From contig JAYPQH010000027.1 in the NCBI GenBank assembly GCA_038131935.1, forward strand, positions 19,376-83,375: DNA of 64,000 nucleotides, in the 5' to 3' direction. Shown here piece after piece: positions 19,757-29,965 of this stretch (the stretch's first letter is position 1; each line of letters starts with the position of its first letter). A program made the translations under genes and the position numbers. Source of the DNA: Alphaproteobacteria bacterium. GTDB taxonomy: Bacteria; Pseudomonadota; Alphaproteobacteria; UBA8317. The notes under the pieces were generated by a model, which saw only the letters and a program-made list of their open reading frames with translations, was not told where the DNA came from and searched no databases.

Positions 19757-20818
19757 ATGGCTGAGGTAAAATATCATCATGTGGGCAAGAAATTTGGAGA
19801 ACATGAGGTCATCCCTGACCTTGACCTACATATCAAAGATGGTGAGTTCATTGTTTATGTTGGTCCGTCTGGATGCGGAAAAACAACGTTGCTTCGTATG
19901 CTTGCAGGTCTTGAAACCCTAAGCGCAGGACAAATTTGGATTGGCGACAACAATGTAACGAATATGTCGCCAAAACACCGAAATGTTGCCATGGTCTTTC
20001 AGAATTATGCATTATATCCCCATATGACCGTGGCAGAAAATATTGGCTTTGGTTTGATGGTCAGAGGGACTCCCAAATCAGATCGTCGAAAAAAAATAGA
20101 ACAAGCTGCTGCCTTGCTCGATATCGACAATTTGCTTGACCGGAAACCAAAAGAGATTTCTGGTGGACAGCGCCAACGTGTGGCGATGGGACGTGCGATC
20201 GTGCGTGAACCAGATGTCTTTTTGATGGATGAGCCCTTGTCTAACTTGGACGCTCAGCTTCGCCATCAAATGCGTGCTGAATTGCGCAATATTCAGCAGC
20301 GTCTAGGTGTTACGATGGTCTATGTAACCCATGATCAAGTGGAGGCCATGACGATGGCTGATCGAATTGTTGTTCTTGATAAGGGGCAGATACAACAGTT
20401 GGGTACACCAAGAGAAATATTCCAAAAACCCAAGAACCGATTTGTAGCGTCCTTTATCGGTACGCCACATATGAATATTCTGCCATGGGAGCAATGTCGG
20501 GGGCATGGGATAACGGTCCCCGACGCATTTCAGGATTTATGCAACCATCATCATGTTTATGACATTGGGTTTCGTCCAGCTGATATGACCCTTGCAGATG
20601 AAGATGGCGTCATAAAGTTAACAATCAAAACACTTCTTGTCGAAAATTTAGGAAATGACGTTTTGGTGCATGGCCAGATAGGTGGGGAGGGCGGGCATGT
20701 CCGCGCTTTGATCCCCACGGAGCAAGCGCCATCTCAAGGCGATGAGCTTGCGGTGGCTATATCTTTATCGAAGCTTCATTTGTTCGATGAAAAAGGTGAG
20801 GCTATTGGCTCAAGCTAG
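19757..20818 (+). CDS. ABC transporter ATP-binding protein, MalK/UgpC family
   Basis: GPSGCGKTT, MVFQNYALYPHM, ISGGQRQR, MDEPLSNLD, VTHDQVEAM, C-terminal TOBE-like region. Confidence 0.94.
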   Translation: MAEVKYHHVGKKFGEHEVIPDLDLHIKDGEFIVYVGPSGCGKTTLLRMLAGLETLSAGQIWIGDNNVTNMSPKHRNVAMVFQNYALYPHMTVAENIGFGLMVRGTPKSDRRKKIEQAAALLDIDNLLDRKPKEISGGQRQRVAMGRAIVREPDVFLMDEPLSNLDAQLRHQMRAELRNIQQRLGVTMVYVTHDQVEAMTMADRIVVLDKGQIQQLGTPREIFQKPKNRFVASFIGTPHMNILPWEQCRGHGITVPDAFQDLCNHHHVYDIGFRPADMTLADEDGVIKLTIKTLLVENLGNDVLVHGQIGGEGGHVRALIPTEQAPSQGDELAVAISLSKLHLFDEKGEAIGSS

Positions 20819-21640
20819 AGACTGAGCCCGGATAATCGGGGTCAAGATCGAATGGGTACGGGCCATCAAATTGTCCGATTGGCATGAAATGAGTGACCAT
20901 TGGTTTGTCATCTCTCTTTAGATGAAGTAGGTAACCTGGTGGTTCCATAATGTAGGTTTCCGAGTTTCCTTGTTGTGATAAATCCAAGGTGACCTGGTGG
21001 GCTGGAGACGGGGCTACAACCCCTATTGTTCCCGCAAACATTGTTTGAATCAGTCTGTGATGATGTCCACAAATAACCCTTTCCACCTGAGGATGTTTGG
21101 AAATTACTTCCTCGATGATATCTCCTCCAAAGCAACCAATGGCATCCATACCTTGTAGGCCTGTTTGAAACGGGGGTGATGCAGGCAAATCATCGCAGGC
21201 TTTTGCTGGTGTGCTTTAAGGGTCATGTCCAGAAACTGAGCATGCTCTTGTGTCATTTGTCCGTGGCTTTTGCCTTCAACAACACTATCAAGTCCGATGA
21301 TTGTTACAGGAAAAGTATCGATAACAAAATTCATATAACCATGGCTTCCCAAGTAGTTGTGATCTGGGAAATGTGCTCTCATCCTTTCTCGTAAATCATG
21401 GTTCCCAGGAACCAGTAAGAATGGCATTGAAAGTTTCGACAGCAAATCCCGCAAAATGGAATATTCGCTATCTCGACCACAATCTGTGAGGTCACCTGTG
21501 GCAATGACAAGGTCTGGTTTTGTCTCCAAATGCTCAATATGTTCCACACAAGTCGAAAGAAAAAGATTTGTGTCAACGCGACCATACGCTGGGCTACCGT
21601 GTGGTCGAACATGCAAGTCCGTAATCTGAGCAATAATCAT
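20802..21640 (-). CDS. Metallophosphoesterase, CpdA/GpdQ-like phosphodiesterase (frameshift near 21173, probably a sequencing error)
   Basis: AQITDLH, TGDLTD, PGNHD, HHPP (restored by one C in a C-run), CGHHH. GGAGA RBS before ATG 21640. Confidence 0.88.
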
Positions 21641-21655
21641 AAATCTCTCCATGAA

Positions 21656-21694
21656 TTTTTGAAGAAGGACCTCTTCATAGAGGTCCTTCAAAAA
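21656..21694. terminator. Strong stem-loop between the solute-binding protein gene and the phosphodiesterase (terminator or mRNA-stabilising hairpin)
   Basis: Perfect 10-bp stem GAAGGACCTC / GAGGTCCTTC, extendable through TTTTTGAAG / CTTCAAAAA. Confidence 0.6.
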
Positions 21695-21709
21695 TATTTT
21701 GTTCAGTTA

Positions 21710-23006
21710 TCAGAATTTTAATGCTGTTTCTTTGGCATAAGGAAGGAGGATTTCATTGGCGTTCTTTTGAGCCCGAGCAGCAGCTTCATCAACGCTTAAA
21801 GCAGGATCTGACAAAAGTGCCTGCATTTCGTCTTCTACAGCTTTACGCACAGCAACGGTGTTGTAGGTTGCAATCCATGGTCCAGCGTACTGCAGCTGAG
21901 CAACAGCTGTTAAAGCATCAGGGTTTTTCTGTGTGAATTCCTTCATCTCCGGTAAATCATAAGCGGTCATGCGTGGAGCAAAATATCCTGTAAAGCGTGA
22001 CCAATGACCAATCTTCTCAGCGCTGGTAAGCCAAGAAATAAAATCCCAGGCAGCTGCTTTCTGTTCCTTTGTTGTGCCTTTGAAGGAAACCAATGAAGCA
22101 CCACCAATGGGAACTGCATTGATAACATTGCGGGGCATAAATGCAACGTCGTAATCAAATTTTGCATTGTCACGAACAAAGGGAAAGCGCACCGGTAGAC
22201 AACACAATCATGGATGCTTTCCCAGAGAAAAAGGATGTTGATACCTGCTTGGAGTTGGTGACGCCTGTTGGCATTGCCTTATGGATATGTGCCATTTCAG
22301 ACCAAAATTTTAATGCGGCCTTTGTAGAGGGATGATAGTAATAAATCTCACCAGGGTAAAGTGGGTTATAGAATTGTCCACCAGATGCCATGGATAAAGC
22401 TTGAACCAACCACCCATTGTAGTCATAGTTGGATGGCATCATTAGGCCGTACCGTTCTTCATCTGTTTTTGTGAGCTTTTTTGCAGTTTCAATCCATTCT
22501 GACCAGGTGGCTGGCGCTTTTTCTATACCTGCAGCTTTAAAATGTTCTTTGTTATAGTAAAGAATAGGGGTCGAGTTCTGAAATGGTACGGAGTAAAGTT
22601 TACCCTGATATAAGGCATTTGGGCGCACGGCTGGCCAGAATTCATTTAAGAACGCTTCGAGGTCAACATCTGCTGGTGCAATATCGGCAATTGGGACGAT
22701 TAAGTCATTCATTGCCAGTTCAGTGGCAAAATTTGCTGACATCAGAACAACAGCAGGAGGCTTTCCTGCTTCAGCTGCTGCTTGGCTTTTTACCTTTGTG
22801 TTATCGTATGATCCTGTGAAAACCCCGACAACTTCTACCTTATCTTGTGAGCTGTTATACTCCTTTACAAGTTTTTGCATTTCCCGGGAAAGCTTGCCTT
22901 GCACAGGTGCAGGGAACATAAATTCAATTTTTTCTGCTGAAATTGCAGAGGTAGCGAGCATGACGCTCACAATACCTGCGATTAGACCTTTTTTCATATG
23001 GGTCAC
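21710..23006 (-). CDS. ABC transporter substrate-binding protein, UgpB-like (frameshift near 22182, probably a sequencing error)
   Basis: Signal peptide, SVPFQNSTPILYYNK, PATWSE, PIGGASL, WSRFTGY. An extra C in TCCCTTT splits the ORF. Confidence 0.88.
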
Positions 23007-23008
23007 TC

Positions 23009-23842
23009 CTATTTTAATCCTGATGTCATAAAGCTATTAACAAATTGCCGCTGGAAAATTACGAAGGCGGTGGCCAGCGGCGCGACCACCAAGAGCGTTC
23101 CGGCGGCGATTAAGCCCCAATCGGAAGCCCTCTCCGCGCCTAGCGCGAAGCTCACAAGGCCTACGGTCAGAACCATTTTATTTGGATCAGATACGACCAT
23201 GAGAGGCCAAAGATATTCATTCCAATGAAAAACAACCGAAATAATGGAAAACGCAATAAGTCCTGGTCGCGCGAGTGGCACAAGGACGTGGCGAATAGTT
23301 TGCCACCAACTTGCACCATCGATCACAGCAGCTTCTTCAAAGTCGCGTGGGATAGACCGGAACGTTTGTCGCATGAGGAATGTGCCAAATGCTGAGCCCC
23401 AATAAGGAGCCATAACACCCACCAAGCTGTCATAAAGTCCCAACTGTACAAGAGTCGTGAGATTTGGAACGATAAGAACTGGTGGGGCAATCATAAGTTG
23501 GAGAAGAAAAATCATAAATAGAATATCACGTCCTGGAAATGTGATCCGAGCGAATACATAACCAGCACAGGTGATTGTTATCAGTTGAATAATTAAGGTC
23601 CCTAGAACGAGAATTAAGCTGTTGATGTACCAAACAATCCAGTCTCCATCGATAACAGCATACCGAAACTGGTCTAGTGTGGGGACGGTATCTGGCCATA
23701 ATGAAGCCATATCAAGAGAGCCGAAAGATTCTGGCCTGAAACTTGCCACCAACATCCAAAGAAATGGGCCTGACCATAGAAAAATGATGGCCGCCAATAA
23801 TGCTGCACTTATCGCCATGAGAAGTGGGGCGCTAACTCTCAT
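23009..23842 (-). CDS. Carbohydrate ABC permease, UgpE/MalG-like
   Basis: EAA loop IPRDFEEAAVIDGAS, WNEYLWPL. Confidence 0.92.
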   Translation of the reverse strand: MRVSAPLLMAISAALLAAIIFLWSGPFLWMLVASFRPESFGSLDMASLWPDTVPTLDQFRYAVIDGDWIVWYINSLILVLGTLIIQLITITCAGYVFARITFPGRDILFMIFLLQLMIAPPVLIVPNLTTLVQLGLYDSLVGVMAPYWGSAFGTFLMRQTFRSIPRDFEEAAVIDGASWWQTIRHVLVPLARPGLIAFSIISVVFHWNEYLWPLMVVSDPNKMVLTVGLVSFALGAERASDWGLIAAGTLLVVAPLATAFVIFQRQFVNSFMTSGLK

Positions 23843-24713
23843 AGTGCACCCGCTTTTCCATGACGCGAAGTCCTGTCGATGAAATCAGCAGCAGTAACGC
23901 TAATGTAACGACTGTTGCAGCGCTGGCTTTACCGACATCAAAGAACTCATGAGCCTGCTGAAAAATATAGAATAGCAATAGATTGGTAGAATTATTCGGA
24001 CCTCCTTGGGTCATGACGATGACATGGTCAATTTGGATGACAGAGGTGATTAATGAAATGATGGCCACAAAACTAAAGGTTGGACCCAACATCGGTATGA
24101 CAACATAGCGCTGGCGTTGCCACCAATTGGCACCCTCCAGTCGGGCAGCTTCTTCTGCATCAGATGGAAGGGACTGCAGTCCAGCAAGAAAAAACAGCAT
24201 GTAATACCCTGCGTTTTTCCAAACTGTGAGGATCATTAATGACCACAATGCGATATCAGGATTGCCGAGCCAATTCACTGATCGAGCGCCAAGTTTGGCC
24301 AGATAATAATCCAGCAATCCTATCCCAGGTAAAAAAATAAAAATGAACAGAGCAGATGCGCCGACCAAAGGCATGAGGGTCGGGAAAAAAAGAATCGCAC
24401 GATACATGGTATTCAACCAAGTCGCTTCACGAACCCATAGCGCGAAGAGATAGCCAAAGATGATGGATGGAATAACGGTCCCTGCTGCAAAAAGGCAGCT
24501 GTTGGACAGGGCGCCAATAAATTCAGGCTCAAAAAACAGTTTTTCATAATTTTCTAAGCCAACGAAAACACCTTCCCCACCAATAGCTCTACGGGAAAAT
24601 AGTGATGACCATAAAACCTGCAGCATAGGCCAATAGGTGAAAGTGCATAGGAATAAAAAAGCAGGTAAAATCAAAAGAAAAGCAAATGTTATACGTGACA
24701 AGATCATCTCCAA
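23832..24713 (-). CDS. Carbohydrate ABC permease, UgpA/MalF-like
   Basis: FVGLENY, WKNAGY, GLQSLP..AEEAARLEGA, MTQGGPNNST. Confidence 0.92.
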   Translation of the reverse strand: MEMILSRITFAFLLILPAFLFLCTFTYWPMLQVLWSSLFSRRAIGGEGVFVGLENYEKLFFEPEFIGALSNSCLFAAGTVIPSIIFGYLFALWVREATWLNTMYRAILFFPTLMPLVGASALFIFIFLPGIGLLDYYLAKLGARSVNWLGNPDIALWSLMILTVWKNAGYYMLFFLAGLQSLPSDAEEAARLEGANWWQRQRYVVIPMLGPTFSFVAIISLITSVIQIDHVIVMTQGGPNNSTNLLLFYIFQQAHEFFDVGKASAATVVTLALLLLISSTGLRVMEKRVHYES

Positions 24714-24743
24714 CGCTTATTGGAAAGTTCATATCAGGCGAAT

Positions 24744-24761
24744 TTAACAACTCTGTGACAA
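24744..24761 (-). promoter_or_regulatory. Candidate Pho box upstream of the Ugp-like operon
   Basis: Minus strand TTGTCAC-AGAG-TTGTTAA: 11-bp-spaced half-sites resembling CTGTCAT-N4-CTGTCAT, about 30 nt upstream of the permease start. Confidence 0.4.
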
Positions 24762-24852
24762 AACGTTTTTTGTGTCTTTCAGCCCGAAGGTGACATTCCT
24801 AGATAACTGGTTTACACGGGCGATAAAGACATCTTCAGCGAGTGGAGCGCGA

Positions 24853-26532
24853 ATGGCCGAACAATTTATCTACTACATGCATGGCACTTCAAAAAGTTAT
24901 GCAGGTGGCAAAAAAGTTCTCGATAATATCAATCTTTCCTTCTATCCCGATGCAAAAATTGGTGTTGTTGGGGTGAATGGCTCGGGTAAATCAACCCTGC
25001 TGCGTATTTTGGCAGGACTTGATACTGACTTTACGGGAGAAGCATGGGCCGCAGAAGGTGCCAAGATAGGGTATTTGCCACAAGAGCCACAATTGGATGA
25101 AAGCCTAACCGTGCGCGACAACGTAATGCTGGGTGTAGCTGAGAAAAAGGCAATCATGGATGCTTACAACGAATTAAGTATGAAGCTGGCAGAGCCGATG
25201 GATGATGATGAGATGATGGAGGTCATCAACCAACAGGCAGAATTACAAGATCGTATTGATAGTGAAAACCTTTGGGACCTTGATGCACAAATCGAGATGG
25301 CTATGGAGGCTCTTCGTTGCCCTCCCGGTGATGCTGAGGTTGCACCATTGTCAGGTGGTGAAAAACGCCGCGTTGCCCTATGTAAGCTTCTTCTAGAGCG
25401 TCCAAATCTCTTATTGTTGGACGAGCCTACCAACCATCTCGATGCAGAGACAGTAGCGTGGCTTGAAAATTATCTGAAAAATTATGAGGGTGCTGTTATT
25501 CTCGTTACCCATGATCGTTATTTTTTAGATAATGTAACAGGTTGGATACTTGAGCTCGACCGTGGGCGGGGGATTCCTTATCAAGGTAACTACTCAAGTT
25601 GGCTTGAGCAGAAACAGCAGCGCTTAGAGGCGGAAGGTAAGTCAGAAGAAGCGCGGCAGCGAACTTTGTCTCGAGAGATGGAGTATGTGAAATCATCTCC
25701 ATCAGCGCGTCGAGCCAAATCAAAAGCTAGGATCAAAGCATATGAGGATTTGCTGAACAGAGCCGAAGAGGAGAAATCTGGTCGCGCTCAAATCATCATT
25801 CCGCATGGCGATAGATTGGGGCAGAAGGTCATTGAGGTGCAGGGCTTAACAAAAGCTTATGGAGATCGGTTGCTGTTCGAAAATCTTGAATTTCGGCTCC
25901 CAGCTGGGGGCATTGTTGGTGTTATCGGTCCAAACGGAGCAGGAAAAACAACTCTTTTTCGTATGCTCACAGGTCAAGAAACACCCGACGCCGGTTCCAT
26001 TGAGCTAGGTGATACCGTGCATATGGGTTATGTGGACCAAACAAGGGATGCACTAAACGGTGCGGCAACGGTGTTTGAAGAAATCACAGGCAACGTAGAT
26101 GTCCTAAAGTTAGGCAAAACAGAAATGCATAGCCGTGCATATGTGGGTGCATTTAATTTCAGGGGAGGGGATCAACAGAAGAAAGTTGGGCAGCTCTCTG
26201 GTGGTGAGCGCAACCGTGTACATATGGCAAAGCTTTTGCGCGGTGGCTACAATGTTCTGCTGCTTGACGAACCTACCAACGACTTGGATGTTGAAACATT
26301 GCAAGCCTTAGAAGCAGCCCTTGAAGACTTTGCAGGTTGTGCGGTGATTATTTCCCACGACAGATGGTTTTTGGATCGCATCGCAACTCATATCTTGGCC
26401 TTTGAAGGGGACTCTCATGTTGAATGGTTTGAGGGCAACTTTGAAGATTATGAGCAGGATAAGAAGCGGCGTTTAGGGCCAGATGCTGTTGAACCCAAAA
26501 GAGTTCAGTATAGAAGGCTCACCAGAGATTAA
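24853..26532 (+). CDS. ettA: Energy-dependent translational throttle ABC-F protein EttA
   Basis: MAEQFIYYM start, [10 protein letters not shown], two ABC domains, [31 protein letters not shown]. Confidence 0.95.
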   Translation: MAEQFIYYMHGTSKSYAGGKKVLDNINLSFYPDAKIGVVGVNGSGKSTLLRILAGLDTDFTGEAWAAEGAKIGYLPQEPQLDESLTVRDNVMLGVAEKKAIMDAYNELSMKLAEPMDDDEMMEVINQQAELQDRIDSENLWDLDAQIEMAMEALRCPPGDAEVAPLSGGEKRRVALCKLLLERPNLLLLDEPTNHLDAETVAWLENYLKNYEGAVILVTHDRYFLDNVTGWILELDRGRGIPYQGNYSSWLEQKQQRLEAEGKSEEARQRTLSREMEYVKSSPSARRAKSKARIKAYEDLLNRAEEEKSGRAQIIIPHGDRLGQKVIEVQGLTKAYGDRLLFENLEFRLPAGGIVGVIGPNGAGKTTLFRMLTGQETPDAGSIELGDTVHMGYVDQTRDALNGAATVFEEITGNVDVLKLGKTEMHSRAYVGAFNFRGGDQQKKVGQLSGGERNRVHMAKLLRGGYNVLLLDEPTNDLDVETLQALEAALEDFAGCAVIISHDRWFLDRIATHILAFEGDSHVEWFEGNFEDYEQDKKRRLGPDAVEPKRVQYRRLTRD

Positions 26533-26664
26533 TAAGTTAAACCTCAACAAAGGGGTAATGATGGGTGCCAGGCATCAGCGCCCTGGCATCGATAACGAGG
26601 CTGGGGTTTGGTCTAAACTTCCTTCTTTGGGGTCATGATGAGGTTGCGTTCATTGGGATAAAAA

Positions 26665-27264
26665 TTATGGAAATTTTGCTATACGGTCTTCCAATTCCAC
26701 AATAGCAGCTTCTAAATTTCCTCCAGCATCCTCAATGATTTCATTGAATTCTGTGCGCCAGGTGATCAGCATAGAAATCCCCTCAACTTGAAGGTCAACA
26801 ACCTTGAGGCCTGATGAGCTATCTTTCACCTGCCAGTTCACCCGCAGTGGACGCTGCGCGTCGACCACTTTGGTCACCACAACCCAGCCTTTTCGACCAA
26901 CTTCAGTTGCGGACACGACTTCCAATGTTTGGCCAGAGTAGATTTTCATGGCATCTGCATAAAACAACGTCAGATAACGAGAAAATACCGAAATATATCG
27001 ATTTTGCACATTTTCGCTCGCGGCCCTGAAGTATTTGCCAGCAATAAAGCGTGCAATGGCGGGTGGATTGGAGTCTTCCTTGAAAAGGATTTCAAATTGG
27101 TCTGCCTTTTGTTGAAGGGTTTCACCCGTTGTGATGACCTTTATGATATCAGATGATATTTTTTCTACGAATTTCCGTACTTCGTATTCTTCTACGGCAA
27201 ATACTTTGTGTGGCATGGTCATCATCAGGATGATCAATAATTGAACCATAAGTTTTTTCATCAT
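26665..27264 (-). CDS. mlaC: Phospholipid-binding protein MlaC (Ttg2D family)
   Basis: Signal peptide, IARFIAGKY, VVDLQVEGISMLITWRTEF. Coupled to mlaA. Confidence 0.85.
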   Translation of the reverse strand: MMKKLMVQLLIILMMTMPHKVFAVEEYEVRKFVEKISSDIIKVITTGETLQQKADQFEILFKEDSNPPAIARFIAGKYFRAASENVQNRYISVFSRYLTLFYADAMKIYSGQTLEVVSATEVGRKGWVVVTKVVDAQRPLRVNWQVKDSSSGLKVVDLQVEGISMLITWRTEFNEIIEDAGGNLEAAIVELEDRIAKFP

Positions 27265-28028
27265 TCCAATTCCACATTAGGTAGAGCTTCAACGTCAATT
27301 TTTTGCGGCCCCATAAGAAACGCGCGTCGTCTCTGTAGCATAATTGTCTTACTCAATGCGTAAGGGTCATTAGATAACCTGATTTGTCGGATCATTGGTG
27401 CATATTGTGTGCGTGCCCCTGCTAACGATTGCATTTGCGCCGATACCACAAAAGTTTGAGCGTAGTCGATTTCATGCCACGGTGCCAAGGTTTGTTCAGC
27501 TACTGAACCCATGGCATTTCCGAGTGCATCGCGCATGGGCATAATGTTCCTAAAAGGCAGGGCAATGGGAGGTCCATCCCCCAGGCCATAGACAAATAGG
27601 GTTTTGCCGAAATCATTGTGATGGTGTGGTAGGCGTAAATTGGTGGCAGGGTCACTGATGCCTAAGATGCCAATGGTTGAATTCACAGCAAAACGTGCCA
27701 CGCTTACAGACGCTGCCTCTAAATCACCTTGCAATGCATCATTCGCCGCGACCAGTGGTGTTTCGAGATTTTGGGTGATATTACGCGCAGCTTGGCGGAA
27801 TATTGGTGATGTTATATCGCGGTAAAACATGCTCAAAGGGCGTAAAAACGCATCGTCGAGCAAGAAATTAATTTCCATGACAGTTCTGTTGAATGGTTCC
27901 AATGGATCGTTTTGGCCAGAATTGGGTAATCGATCGGCACCATGGGCTTTGGAAAAAAGACATAGGGCCATCAGCAGCAACAAGCTGAGATGTGCTACAG
28001 AAGATCTTTCCCGCAACAGATTGTTCAT
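27261..28028 (-). CDS. mlaA: MlaA/VacJ family protein
   Basis: DPLEPFNR, RFAVNSTIGILG..DPA, DFGKTL..YG. GAGG RBS before ATG 28028. Confidence 0.85.
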   Translation of the reverse strand: MNNLLRERSSVAHLSLLLLMALCLFSKAHGADRLPNSGQNDPLEPFNRTVMEINFLLDDAFLRPLSMFYRDITSPIFRQAARNITQNLETPLVAANDALQGDLEAASVSVARFAVNSTIGILGISDPATNLRLPHHHNDFGKTLFVYGLGDGPPIALPFRNIMPMRDALGNAMGSVAEQTLAPWHEIDYAQTFVVSAQMQSLAGARTQYAPMIRQIRLSNDPYALSKTIMLQRRRAFLMGPQKIDVEALPNVELE

Positions 28029-28087
28029 GGCGTCCTCACAGGTTACAATGATACCACTACTTGGAAAGGAGGCGTCTGCCAACAGTA

Positions 28088-28732
28088 ATGCGCAAGCGAT
28101 GGCCTAAATTGTTACAATCATGGACGAGATGGTGGCGCATTCGATCTCGAAGGCAAGCCTTTACCATAGCTTTGGTCGGTTTGGCTGGTAAGCTTGCTGC
28201 AGCTGATGGGCATATTGACCCTGAAGAACGTGAAAGCTTTCGCCGAATGTTGAAAGCCAAACCATTCGAATGGAAGCGCATATCCCAGCAATTTGACCTG
28301 GTGGCTGGGTCCCAAGCGGGAGCTGAGATCTATGCTGAAATGTTGTCACGTTTGACGCAAAAACAACCAGAAAGAAGACGAGATATTCTCTTAGGCTTGG
28401 TTGATATAGCATATGCTGATGGTGAATTTTCTGACCAAGAGCGTGAGTTTATAGCGCGTGCTGCTTTTGGTCTTGGGTTAAATGCGTCAGATGTTGCGCT
28501 TGCACTAGGGCAGAATGATGATGGTGTGGTGGGCCCATGGGGTGTTTTGGGGTTGAATGGTCCGGTGAGTTGTCGTGAGTTGAAACAAAAATATCATGAC
28601 TTAGCTCGAGAATTTCATCCTGATGCTGCGTTAGCCAGGGGCGCTCCAGAGGAGCTTGTCGAGGGGTTTTCACGGCGTTTTCAGCGCATTCATGAAGCCT
28701 ATAAACTGGTTTATCCGCAATGTTGCCCATGA
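28088..28732 (+). CDS. TerB-domain plus C-terminal J-domain protein (DjlA-like)
   Basis: AFTIALVGLAGKLAAADG, IAYADG, PWGVLG...YHDLAREFHPD, RIHEAY. Confidence 0.85.
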   Translation: MRKRWPKLLQSWTRWWRIRSRRQAFTIALVGLAGKLAAADGHIDPEERESFRRMLKAKPFEWKRISQQFDLVAGSQAGAEIYAEMLSRLTQKQPERRRDILLGLVDIAYADGEFSDQEREFIARAAFGLGLNASDVALALGQNDDGVVGPWGVLGLNGPVSCRELKQKYHDLAREFHPDAALARGAPEELVEGFSRRFQRIHEAYKLVYPQCCP

Positions 28733-29397
28733 AAAGCCCAAATTTTGGTCCGCGACGGGGTGTTGAAGGCCCCTCTTATATCATGATTCACTACACAGAT
28801 ATGTCGTTAGCCGAACGGGCTCAGGCATGGATGTGTCATCCACAATCACAAGTGAGTGCGCATTATTTGATCACGCGTTGGGGTGAGGTTGCGCACTTGG
28901 TTGCGGAAGGGGATCGCGCTTGGCATGCAGGTGTGGGATGTTGGGCTCATATTATGGATATGAATTCACATTCCATCGGAATTGAGCTTGATTATCCTGG
29001 AGCCGCGCAGCCGTCACTGCGATATCCTGAGGTGCAAATTGCGTCACTCATCAGACTCATTAAAGATATTCAAAGACGGTGGAATATTCCTCCATCCAAT
29101 TTGATTGGGCACAGTGATTTTGCTCCAGAACGAAAAAGTGACCCGGGGCCATTGTTCCCATGGAAATATTTGGGAGAAAATGGGGTTGGATTACGCATAC
29201 CCCTCGCGTTGGCAGATACCCCCTTCGATATCAAAGAGGGGCTAACTAAGTTGGGTTATGCTCTGCACTGTTTTTCATTAGAGAGCTGCATGAGTGCTTA
29301 TGCACAACGTTTTATGGGTAGCCTACAGGTAGAGCCTGTCATGTTGGCGCGGCATTTGAGGGCGACCCTTGAGTCTAATGGTGAAAATCTGAGATAA
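28720..29397 (+). CDS. N-acetylmuramoyl-L-alanine amidase (Amidase_2, AmiD/AmpD-like)
   Basis: SPNFGPR, IHYT, VSAHYLI, RAWHAG, NSHSIGIEL, GHSD.APERKSDPG. Confidence 0.92.
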   Translation: MLPMKSPNFGPRRGVEGPSYIMIHYTDMSLAERAQAWMCHPQSQVSAHYLITRWGEVAHLVAEGDRAWHAGVGCWAHIMDMNSHSIGIELDYPGAAQPSLRYPEVQIASLIRLIKDIQRRWNIPPSNLIGHSDFAPERKSDPGPLFPWKYLGENGVGLRIPLALADTPFDIKEGLTKLGYALHCFSLESCMSAYAQRFMGSLQVEPVMLARHLRATLESNGENLR

Positions 29398-29404
29398 GAA
29401 GTTG

Positions 29405-29771
<367 letters not shown>

Positions 29772-29859
29772 AAAATCAACTTTTCAAAGAAGATATCATG
29801 ACCAGCCTAAGAACAATTGTATTGGAGGTGCGTATTCCAATCGTTTTTGCTGCTATTTT

Positions 29860-29940
29860 CCCATGAATCATCACAAATTGGCATTATAATCCATAAAAAC
29901 CCATTGAAAACCATAAAAATCCATTTTATACCATTAATAT
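29860..29940. promoter_or_regulatory. 10-bp phased CCAT repeats with an embedded TATAAT; candidate MraZ operator and dcw promoter
   Basis: CCAT at 29861, 29891, 29901, 29911, 29921 and 29931, degenerate at 29871 and 29881. TATAAT at 29885-29890. Confidence 0.6.
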
Positions 29941-29965
29941 TATTAAAGTGGGGGTTGGTGTTTCT

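Noticed and set aside
29860-29940. Phased repeats as a CRISPR array or microsatellite
   Set aside because: The units are 4-nt cores at a 10-bp period with no spacers of CRISPR length, and there are no cas genes. They fit a protein-binding array better.
29934-29946. CtrA box before mraZ
   Set aside because: The TTAA half-sites are spaced by 5 nt, not the canonical TTAA-N7-TTAA.
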